Shown: in pieces, positions 40,978 through 52,500 of the stretch
Numbering within the stretch: position 1 is the stretch's first letter
Layout: every line of letters begins with the position of its first letter
Source: Azolla caroliniana
Taxonomy: Eukaryota; Plantae; Polypodiophyta
NCBI GenBank assembly: GCA_043228905.1
Contig: JBHGNT010000008.1
Location: forward strand, 9,238,001-9,302,000
Direction: 5' to 3'
Length of the DNA stretch: 64,000 nucleotides
Notes under the pieces: generated by a model
Told to the model about the DNA's origin: nothing
The model's input: the letters and a program-made list of their open reading frames with translations, nothing else
Database searches by the model: none
Made by a program: the position numbers and the translations under genes

Positions 40978-41325
40978 AAAACAGAAAATCAACTTAATTA
41001 AACTATGAATTAGTGAGAAAAAACAGAAAATCAACTTAATTAAACTATGAATTAGTGAGAAAAAACAGAAAATCAACTTAATTAAACTATGAGTTAGTGA
41101 GAAAAAACAGAAAATCAACTTAATTAAACTATGAATTAGTGAGAAAAAATAGAAAATCAACTTAATTAAACTATGAATTAGTGAGAGAAAACAGAAAATC
41201 AACTTAATTAACCTATGAATTAGTGAGAAAAACACAAAATCAACTTAATTAAACTATGAAATAGTGAGAAAAACAGAAAATCGACTTTAATTAAACTATG
41301 AAATAGTAAGAAAAACAGAAAATAG
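40978..41325. repeat. ~42-bp AT-rich tandem repeat (aaacagaaaatcaacttaattaaactatgaattagtgagaaa)
   Basis: About 8 near-identical head-to-tail units just inside the PBS. Confidence 0.95.
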
Positions 41326-44300
41326 TGGTTCTCTTTTGATTTCTTCCTTCGTTAAGTGGGTTGCCTTTGAGTTTTCGACTAATCGAAATAGGCTTCAAGC
41401 GTCGGTCGTATCTCCGGCAGCGGCGCCAAATAGATGTTAAGGATCTATGTATCGATGGAGTAAGCTCCTCGATGTCGTGGTGGGATTCGAACCGTCGTAT
41501 ACCCTCTTGATGGCGAATCAGGCGGAGATGGTTGTCGGATACCTCCGAGCCTCACACTCACTCAACGATTAGTAAATGATTAAGCACGATATCTCTCTCA
41601 CTCTCTCAAGCTCTCTCTCATAGACAATAGATTAATAGATATAGACAATAAGAAGAAAGAGTATGTCTATTATTAACCCTCTTTGCTAAGAGGTCTAGCA
41701 CCAACAAGGAGAGAGATTAGTGTTCTCTAACTCAACACTTCACTAATCTCTCTTAAGCTCAAAGGTTACAAGAAGGAGGAGAGGAAGCTCTAGCTCTAAT
41801 CAATAGGAGATCTTTACAAATGGGAGAACCCCCACAAAGCCACTACTATGTGGTTTATATAGCTTTCACGTTTAGGGTATGGGCCTTTCACACTCCGATG
41901 TCCTTTAGCCCTCTTTCCTCTTGTCATTCCCTCTTCGTAGGTACTTTAACCATACTGTGTCCTTGTTGATGCGCTCTTCTTCACAACTAGTTGTGGTGTT
42001 ATCCAAGGGCTTAACATGGGACTGGACGTAGGGTTCTTGCTCCACTTAATAATATAAGTTTTAACCACGTCTTCCTCATCCAAAAATTGTGGTCGGTCAC
42101 AACCAGACCATGTCGTATGCCAAACAATACTCATCTAGTTCGCAATGGGAGCCACAAGACGGATGTAGGCTCTTACTGCATTTCCCAAATGCAATAATCT
42201 ATGATGCTAAGCAAATGCCCTATGAGGATCATAAAAGATTGGTTGTTGGTAGTTCAATTGAAGAGCAAAAGATATATTGGATGCGGTGCCTTGAGGAAAA
42301 CAGAAAAATATTGGGCGAACCAAAAAATATGATGATGATCAAGATGTGGATAGGTGGGATGTCTTCTTTAATCATCAACATACAATATTAGATAACCACT
42401 TTACATGGTACTGGCCACTACAAAATCAATGGCCCATCAATGGCAAACATGACTCCTTTACAACCACTAGATAATCTTGAATTGAATAATCTAGTTCGTC
42501 CACGACAAAGAGATATTTACGTGGGACCAAGATTATCACATGCTGCAGAGGTGAGGTTGCAAGGCAATCTACATGAGCTACAAGTTGGTATGTTTGTTGC
42601 AACATTAGTTGGGAGTGATAAGTTCAGTCATCCCTTCTGGATTGCCAAAATCATTGAAATTGTTAAGGATTATGAAGGCAATCAAGTAAAGTCTATTATG
42701 GTTCATTGGTATCATACCTCTTCCAAATATGCATTTACTAGGAAGTACTCTTTAGAGATGGTTAAGGATGTCGAAGGCACACACAAAAAGAGAAGAAGAA
42801 AGAATCTACCAAGCACATCTACTCTAGCACTTGATAATGTCGACATACTCGTGTATGACTTCTCCTTGACCAAAACAGGCCATCTATGACGGACTATAAT
42901 CAAGATAATAAATGAGAGGATCCCAGATGTGCCTGTTGACGCAACACAGAGACAAACAAGGAGTATGTCTCATAATCACGGTGACGTTGGATTGCAATTG
43001 GATGAAGATAATGCATTGGTTGCTAGTGATGATGAGAATGAGACCTCACAAAGCTCTTCTAGTTCATCAGTTGGTTCTGAAGGGGAAGGCTTATCTCTGG
43101 GAAGTGATGGATCCCATATATGAAATGTAAATATTGTATGTTACATCCATATAGCGTTTCACAAATATGTATAAATATACATGTTAGTCATTTTGTAATT
43201 TTTGTACATTCTCTTGAAAATTTCACGTGTCGATTATTAGGGACATTTTTTGAAAGCCCTAAATTTTTGGACATGGTATAAATCAATATATTTTGATTCA
43301 ATTTCCAAAACCCTTTACGCATGTGATGGTCCTTTTTGTGAAATGACCTACTTTGTGCCTTTTTTGGATGGATTGTTCTTAAATTGCGACATATTACCTG
43401 TTTCAAATGGCTCGGTGTTTATGGTTTTATGGTTTTATGGTTTAATCCATACAATACTACTTCAAATAAAACAACACATATAATTTTATGTATATTATAA
43501 GTATAGGTCAAATGGTAAGGATTGAGAGTCATAAGGTAGGGGTTATTGGTTCAAGACCTCTCTTGTCCATGTAATATAATATATATATACTTTCTATTTG
43601 GCTCTACATATAATGTATAATATTATCATAGTCTATTGTTAATATTATCTTTATAAAAACATTATCAAGATTTATTTTATTTTAGTTACGTATGTATCTT
43701 TTTGTAGATTTTTAATGTGAAGCTTTCCTACTTCACAACATCCACCCCCTCTAGACCTGCACATCCTCTCGACATGTGCCACTATCTTTCATCTTCATGT
43801 TGATCTATTGGAGGAGGTTCAAGCCCAAACCTTTTCTTAAAAACTTTTGTCCTCTTTCCAAGTACCATTCTTTTGGTATCGAATGATCACAAGCTCTACC
43901 TTGTTCCTCTCATGATTCGGACGAACTGTCATAAACTGTACAGTTCTTCATCCATCTTGGCTTCGAATCTTTGAATAGGTAGAACCATTGTCAAGGACTT
44001 TGGTGTCCATCCATACTACTGTGATGTATGGTTGCCCCAAGGTTATTGGATAGGTAGATCCTTCCTGCACAAAGAAATGTTGATCCACCTCTATATCACC
44101 AATAATAACCTTTACATTTGGGCATGCACCCAATAAATCTTTGGTGACTGATGTCGCTCCTTTTACTCGTCAACCATGCTTAGTATCAATTGGCCATCTA
44201 CCTTTCTTGTAAAAATCAACACTCATTATATTTATTTCAGAACCATGATCAATATAAGTGCCATCACTGGGTCGGGAACATCTCCAATCTTCACACGATG

Positions 44301-46598
44301 CTCAGTAGTGGCTCTTGCCCAACATTTGCGAGAGTAGTGGCTTCTTGTCTCTGTTGAACTTATCATTGAGGTTGATGCATGTTGAGAGTCAACAATGATA
44401 TTGTTCGACTCGTTACTCACCAGTTCATATGCCACCTTCGGATTTGTCTCTTTAACCTGCTCATTTACTTGCTTCTTTCTTCGCACAATATCAATTATTT
44501 CATCATGAAATTCCTTTTTTGCAATACCTAACACTTCTCTTAGTGTAAATTCTACTTGTTTCTTGTTTCTAAAATTTTCTTTAAATATGTATCCTTTTCA
44601 ATATTAGACAGTAATTTGAATGAAGGAGTAGATTTACCTTTTTCAACTTTTGCGTCCATCTCTTTTCTTTTGCTTTCTCTTGTTTCATGCTATTTTGTTG
44701 AGCAAATCTCATCATCCAACCTTTTCCTTTTCTCTTCTACTATCACCTCATGCTCTTGGTGTTCTGCCATCTGAGCATAGATTGTCATAGCATCTACTGG
44801 AACATCCCATCCAGTGTTTTTTCCTTACAGAATCTCTGGCAACATGAAGGTTTTCCATCTTCAGCTTTTGTTTTTCGGCGGAACTTACAACCTTCTCCCA
44901 AAATGATGATCGGTATGGCGTATCATCGAGACACATTCCTGCTGTTGTCGAGTAGTACATTGCAAAAGCCTTCTTTGCTTCAGCTTCTTCAAACTTAACT
45001 TTAACACCACCATCACCAAAGTTCTTTGTAAGTGGACTTCTAGCTTCAGTTAAGTAAATGTTACCATTTTTCCAATACATCAAGTCTCGATTTTCCATGT
45101 CTTTATATTCCGCACAATCACGTAATCGATGTTTGAGACTATCACACCACATGCATCGAGGTCTAAATGGTTCCCTTGACCTTGAAGTTTGACAATTCTC
45201 AAGCTTTGCCACTTTAATTGTTAAATCTTTCATACTTTCAACTAAATCATCAAGCAAAGACTCACTCTTAGTTTCGATCATTTCTCGTGGTTGATGGACC
45301 ATTTCGTGTGATGGTTCTCAACCAAGTCGTTGAACTTCGATGTTTTGCTCAAGCCGATTTGTGATTCCCACATGTGGTATTTGTAGCATTGCACCATTCC
45401 TTTGCATTATTTTCATAAATTTATTACAAGCATTTGTTACCTCATTCCAATCTGCAGTTATACCATCCTCGGTATTTGGTACTTCAAGCATAAATTCCAA
45501 TTTTTTTCTATATCTCTTGTCAACTGCCTGCAAAAATAAAGCAACCTTTTGCCAAGACAAAGAATTTCTTTCTTCTGGGTTTAAGTGTCCATACAATCTA
45601 TCAAACTCTTTTTTCGGGTCAGCCACATATAATCCTTTATTTTCTTTTAGGACCCATTCATGGAATGAACGCATAGTAACGCGAGAGAAATCTTCACGAG
45701 AATATCTAGAATTCACGAATTCTATCTCTTAATTCCATGTCCACTAATTTATAAAAGTTTGCTATCATATTGACATCATTCACACCAGACATTTCCATTT
45801 CATCATAATATACTTTGAAATATTTGTGCCATCAAACACACCAATCTTCCCTCAAGACTTTTCGTAAGGCATGAAATAATTGATCTTGATTCAATTTTTC
45901 AATAAACAACCTTACCGTATTCATTGTACTCGTACTTGCCATGTTAATGTTGATCTTTACTTTAGATGTCTCTTCTACTTCCCCGTTTCACGTCGAGTTC
46001 ACCAGATTGTGTCATGGCGTGGCTCGCCCAGAAACATAGCGTTGCACAGACAAAAGATAATGTGAAAGTGAGGAAGGAATCATTGGGATTTTGTACAAAA
46101 GAAACGAAAGAGTAGAGATAGAGTAAATAGTGATCATCAAGATGTGACAAGATAGAATGTAAAATGATAATTGAGGGAATGTAAGAAATTTATAATTATT
46201 TCATGAAAGAGTTACAAAATGATTGCGAGCGTCGTTGAACCGTCAAACTTTGTCTCAAAAGGTAGTCACTCTTCTCTTTCTTGATTGTAGACCAAAATCT
46301 TCCTTTCTATCTTTCGATGAGGATAAGACTCGAACCTCAAGCCTTTTCATTGCAAGTGGAGCACCACCGCGGCCAAGCTAGTTCTTCTCTTGTCTTTCGA
46401 AGATTGTATATAGATTTTACCTTCTCTCCTTCTTTCTATATTAGGATATCTCGTACAATATAATTTCACTCGATTCCATACAATAATTCTATTCAATGTG
46501 ATTGATTGATTCCTTGATATCCTTGTGACTATACTCCCGCCTCTTTTTATAGGAAGGGGATGGTTTTGCATGTGGGCCATATGTCACACATGCAAAGA

Positions 46599-49500
46599 TG
46601 TTGGGATATCGGTTCCTCCAGATGGGATGAACAAGGCCCGGCAAGAGCCGGCATCCGCCGGATGATGCAGGCCCGGTGAGGAGTGCTCACCGGATGAAGG
46701 GACATATTCATAAATGTCTTCCTGAGAGCCCATTGGGGCTATATTTGTGAATAGCTGAATAGTCATATTAGAATAAATATGACTTAGGGAAAACCTTTGT
46801 ATGTGAGTTGGTTGTTTCATTATCGTTGTGGCGATAATTCAGAGCGTAACGGTGTATAGGGAGAGAGAGAACGAGAGAGAGAGAGGAAGAGGTCGTTGCC
46901 TCTGTTGTAACCGCTTGGTGGCGAAGCGAGGCAGCGAGAGGTCGTTGCCTCTGTGCCCCATTGTTGTAATCTTGATATAGTGATATTTTGCAGTCTGAGG
47001 GTTGCCGTGGTTTTTCCCATATTTGGGTTTTCCACGTTAACATCTAGTGCACTCTCTTCTTTACTGTTTCGTGTGTAGTTACACCTCTTGACATCCCTGT
47101 TTTCTGTGATTTATCCGACGTCTCGGCTGTGACCGAGCATACTCGAAGTCAAATATCCTATCAATTTGGTATCAGAGCGAAAACACAGAAAATGGAAGGA
47201 GGCGGGAGCGGACTCCCGGGAATGATGGTTCTTAACTCGCAGAACTATGCCGACTAGAAGATCAAGATGGAAGACCTTCTCATCGTAAATGACCTATATG
47301 AACCGATCGACAAAGCCGAAATACCCAAAGGGGTAGTGGAGTCGGAATGGAAGTTTTTGAACTGAAAGGCCGTGGCCACCATCCGAAAATGCGTCGACGT
47401 AAGTGTCCTTCAGCACGTGGCGAACGACACGAATGCCCACGAGATGTGGCAGAAGCTATTGGGTCTATATGAGAGGAAGAACGCTTTGAACAGAACCTCT
47501 CTGATGAGGAAAATGGTGAACCTAAAGTACCGGGACGGCGAGAGTACGGTAGAACACATCAACACATTTATGGGGTATGTAAATCAACTGGCGGCAATCA
47601 AGTTCCCCTTGGATGATGCGATGCAGGCAATCATGCTGATGTGTACATTGCTGGAAAGCTGGGAGAACTTGGTGGTTACTCTTAGCACCTCCTGCCAAGA
47701 AGAGAACTTGTCTTTACAAACGGTGAAGACAAGTATCCTAAACAAGGAGGCGCATCAGAGAGACAAGGACTCGAACCCCGACTCAAAGGCGCTTCTTACC
47801 AAATCGGAACGCGGAAGACAAAGGAACCGGAGTCCCCAGAACCGGGAAAAGTCGGGGACACGGTCAAAGTCAAGGGGGAAGCCCACTTGCTTCTACTGTG
47901 GGAAGCCGGGGCACTTCCAGAAGAACTGTCGGCACTTCTGGAAGGATAAGGAAACCAACAGTACCGATTCGAAGATCACCAGAACGAAACGCTGGTTACC
48001 GGGGAGCCACGGACCGAAACGGTTCGGATTGGCGAGCGCAAGACCGGAAAGGAACGACGGCAATTGCGGCAAGTGAAGAGGAGCTAATGCTCATCACTAA
48101 GGAGAGTGAACTGAACCTTGCCAGCGACGAGATGACCTGGGTGGTCGATTCCGGAGCGTCGTTCCACCTGACCCTGGATAGAAAATGCTTCTCATCCTAC
48201 TCGGTCGGTTACCATGACCGTGTTCGAATGGGGAATGAAGGTACATGCCGAATTGTCGGCATAGGAGATGTGTGGTTGATGACATCAACCAGATGCAAGA
48301 TGTTGTTGAAAGATGTCCGACATGTTCCGGAGGTTCGATTGAACCTGATATCAGCCGGTCGGCTGGATAATGAAGGTTACATGGGTAGCATCCGGAACGG
48401 TGTCATGAAGTTCAACAAAGGGAGCTTGATAGTGGCTCGCGCCCGGAAAGTCAACACTCTATACTTGATGAATGCCCGGTTATGTCCGGAGGAAGTGAAC
48501 GTGGCATCCGACACTGCCGGTGAGTTGTGGCACAAGAGGCTATGTCACATGAGCAAGAAGGGGATGAAGAGGCTTGCAGACGACAACCTCATTCCAGTGA
48601 AGAACGTGCAATTGGAGAAGTGCATTGATTGTCTGGCCGGTAAACAAAACCGGACCTCCTTCCGATCGAGGCCACCGACAAGACGTAATGCATCACTGGA
48701 GTTGGTGCATACTGATGTGTGTCAAGTGGACATGAGGTCACATGCTGGATCGCAGTACTTCGTGACGTTCATAGATGACCACAGCCGGAAGCTGTGGGCC
48801 ACGCCGTTGAAGATGAAGGATCAGGTGCTATCCGTCTTCAAAGAGCTCCACGCGAGAGTGGAAAGAGAAACCGGCTTGAAGTTGAAGGCGGTTCAAGCAG
48901 ATAATGGAGGACAATATCGGGGGTAGTTCCAGGAGTACTGTCGCTCGAAGGGAATCCGCCTCGAATTTACTGTGCCGAAGACGCCGGAACTAAACAGGCT
49001 AGCCGAGAGGATGAACCAGACCATAATGGAGAGGGTCCGGAGTATGCTGGCGCATGCAAAATTACCCAAGACATTTTGGGCTGAGGCACTGTCGACAACG
49101 ACATATGTGATAAACATATCACCCTCAGTACCCTTGGATGGAGACACGCCGCAGAGAGTCTGGACCGGTAAGAAAGTGTCCTACCAGCATCTGAAGGTAT
49201 TCAGGTGTCTTGCGTACATGCATGTAGCTAAGGACCGGAGAGGAAAGTTAGATCCGAAGACCCGGCTATGCATATTCCTCGGTTACGACAACGATGAGTT
49301 CGGCTACTGAGTGTGGGACCTGGTCGACCAAAAAGTATTCTGGACTCCAGATATTATCCTCATGGAGGACAAGACGCTCGCCGACTGGGAGTCAGAGAAG
49401 AAGATAATGAGCTTTAAGTCGACCGGTAAGGAAAAATTTTGATTTGACGAAATGCAGTTCCAACCGACAAGAAGCTGGTTAGCACTTAGTGAACCGGCCG

Positions 49501-52500
49501 GTGACGGTGAGGAGATAAAACCGGTCGAAGAAGAAGGAATGAGTGAAACCGAAACCGGACATAACCCCGAATTGGATTCGGATGAAAAGCAAATGGAGGA
49601 GCCGGTTACCAAAGCTCAAGAATGCAGATACCCTCTCAAAGAGAGAAGTGCGCCCCGGAGATTTCCGGATCCAGAGCATGTGTTGCTAACCGATGAGGGG
49701 GAGCCAGAAAGCTTCGAGGAAGCCAAAAGTGACGCCCATAGCTGCAAATGGTTAAGCGCCATGCAGGATGAGATGGATTCCCTCCATGAGAACCATACGT
49801 ACGAACTGGTGGAGTTGCTGAAAGAAAAGCGGGCACTCCGAAACAAGTGGGTGTACAAGTTGAAACCAAGAGATGCCGGCAACCCCCCGAGATACAAAGC
49901 CAGGATCGTGGTGAAGAGGTTCCAACATAAGAAGGGCATGGATTTCGATGAGATCTTTGCCCCGGTAGTAAAGATGATTTCCATCCGGACGGTGCTAAGT
50001 ATAGCGGCAAGCATGGACCTTGTCAGGAATAGTACTAAAGCAGAGATGGAATTAGTACTAAGAAGAGTAGTACTATTAGTACTAAGAGGACGGAACTGCG
50101 TAAGATTCCCGAGAGAGAGGAAGTGAGAAGAGGAGAGAGAGAGATAGGATGATGACAACAACTCTTATATTATATGAAAGATAAGTACAAATCGGCTAAG
50201 AGTCTTAAGATGGCTTCAGTACAAATCGGTCACTGATAATACTGTCTGGGAGGCCATGATGCCGAAATACCTCACGCATAACAAGAGCGGTGGTTTCCTC
50301 GCTAGTGATGGCTTTAGTACATGGCACAAAATGTGCCATCTTCGTATATCGATTGATGACGGTTAGGATAGCATCGAACCCCTTCGAGACCGGCAGATCT
50401 GTGATAAAATCAAGACAAATCGACTGCCATGGCTTACTTGGAATCGGTAAAGGTTCCAACAAGCCATATGGATGGTGTCGTGGCATCTTTGCTCGACAGC
50501 AAGCATCACAGGTCCGAACGTAGTCGTCGACAAAACGGTGCATGTGGGGCCACCAAAAAGATCGTTGCACTAGCTCCAACGTCTTAGTACTACCGAAATG
50601 TCCCGCCGTATGGGTGTCGTGACAATGTTGGACGATTTGAAGGCAACAAGAGCAATCGGGGACATATACGCGCTTTTTAAAGAATAACAAACCATCATGA
50701 TATTCGAATTGTCGATAGTCAATACCTGGTTGTTGAGACTGAGAATAGTATGCCCGAGAAGTATCAATGTGCGCCACGATGTCTTGAGCAAAACTATCCG
50801 TCTTCAAGGTTGCACGTATGTCATCGGTAATCCGTGAATCCATCGGGGTGTGAAAAATCCGCGTCGTGTGCAATCGTGTTGGTCCCAAGATTACTTGCTT
50901 TTGATTATCAAATGTTGCGTCACCAGGACGAGGTGCAAGATATGAACGCCGTGATAGTGCATCTGCTTTTGCTTGCTGCTTCCCTGGTCGATATGTGATT
51001 TTGAAGTCGAAACGCGTGAGGAATTGCGTCCACCGAGCTTGCCGTCGATTTAGTACGCGAGCGTTCTGAAAATAAGCAAGATTTTTATGATTGCTAAAGA
51101 CAATGACTTGATGTGGAGAGCCCTCTAAGAAATGCCGCCATTGTACAAATGAATCCACGATGGCTAATAACTCCTTGTCATGTATTTTGTAGTTGATTTC
51201 TGTGACATCGAATTTGCGCGAATGGAAAGCCACCGGATGCAACTCTTCTTTATCGGCTTGTTGAGAAAGGATGCTACCGAGGGCGATGTCTGATGCGTCG
51301 GCCTCCATGATGAATGGTTTGCTTGTATCCACATGAGCTAGAATCGGTGCTGATGTAAAGGCTTTCTTAAGATGCCGAAAAGTCATGTCTGCTTCTATGG
51401 ACCAAAGAAATGCTTGGCCCTTCTTCGTAAGTTGTGTGAGAGGTAAAATAATCTTTGAGTAATCCTTTATAAACTTACGGTAGCAGTTAGCAAAACCTAG
51501 AAAACATTGTACATCTCGTACCGACCGTGGAATTTGCGACTCTAGTACAATTTGGATTTTAGTTGGATCCATGGCGATGCCCTTTGAGGAGATGACGTAG
51601 CCTAGAAATTCCACTTGCTTGCAGTCAAAGCTACATTTTTCTAGCTTGGCATAAAGACCATTCTCGCAGAGTCGCTTTAGTACTAATAGTACATGAGAAT
51701 CGCGCTCTTCCTGGGTCTTCGAATAAATCAATAGATCATCCAGATAAATGATCAAAGAGATATCCAAGAGGTCTCTGAATATATCATTTGCCATGTGTTG
51801 GAAGACTGCGGGTGCATTGGTTAGGCCAAACGGCATAACAGTATACTCGAAATGCCCATACCTCGTGCGAAAGGCGGTCTTCCACTCATCTCCCGGTCGG
51901 ATCCGCACGAGATTATGCACTCCTCATAGGTCGATTTTAGTGAAAAACTTGGCACCATTAACTCGCTCTAAAAGACATGATATAAGAGGAAGTGCATACC
52001 TATTCCGGATGGTGACTTTATTCAATCCGCGGTAATCAACGACAAGACGAAGTGAGCCATCTTTCTTCTTGACAAAGAAGATGGGTGCACCGGCCGGAGA
52101 TTTCGAATGGCGGATGAACCCGCTTGCCAAGTTCTCCTCTATGTAGGCTCGAAGGACTTCTAACTCGGTGGGTGACAAGTTGTAAATTGGTCCCCATGGT
52201 GGCTCTGTTCCTGGTTGTAAATCGATGGGACAGTCATAGGGACGGTGATGAGGAAGGGTACCGGGTTTTACCTTGTCAAATACATCGGCATAAGGATGAT
52301 ATTTTGCAGGAAGTTGTACTGAGGAGTCCTTCTTAATAGTGCTGGAAGGATGTACTGATATTGCAAATAGGAACATTGCCTCCTTGGGTCCTTCTTCACG
52401 TAGTTGATGGAGTGAAATGGTCGAAACTTGGTGAGTTGATTCTTGGGGTGGTCGATATCGGACTTCTCTTGTTCTCCAATCTATGGCTGGATTATGTAAT

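Larger units (their letters stand above)
35703..42016 (-). mobile_element. Complete non-autonomous LTR element (Gag + two aspartic proteases; no RT/RH/IN)
   Basis: Near-identical LTRs 35703-36282 and 41435-42016; TSD TGGGA on both sides; tRNA-Asp-type PBS tggcgccgctgccg (41428-41415, minus); PPT tgggggga 36290-36283. Confidence 0.93.
33987..43413 (+). mobile_element. Degenerate DNA transposon with a DUF7869/Sola-like transposase, split by a MITE and an LTR element
   Basis: Pieces at 34018-34873 (CRDAFKISYSI, FNHLWRSKFNNVVIPRKVRMGVCSIC), 35367-35702 (GMDKKKTCLPHF, HLVGCL, HNDPNL) and 42022-43123. Candidate right end ...ttcaaatggctc at 43413 (GAG start on the minus strand). Family assignment is from motif recall. 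Confidence 0.6.

Noticed and set aside
40114-41325. Possible CRISPR-like arrays (18-bp and 42-bp repeats)
   Set aside because: Units are head-to-tail with no unique spacers, no cas genes are present, and the context is a eukaryotic retroelement leader.
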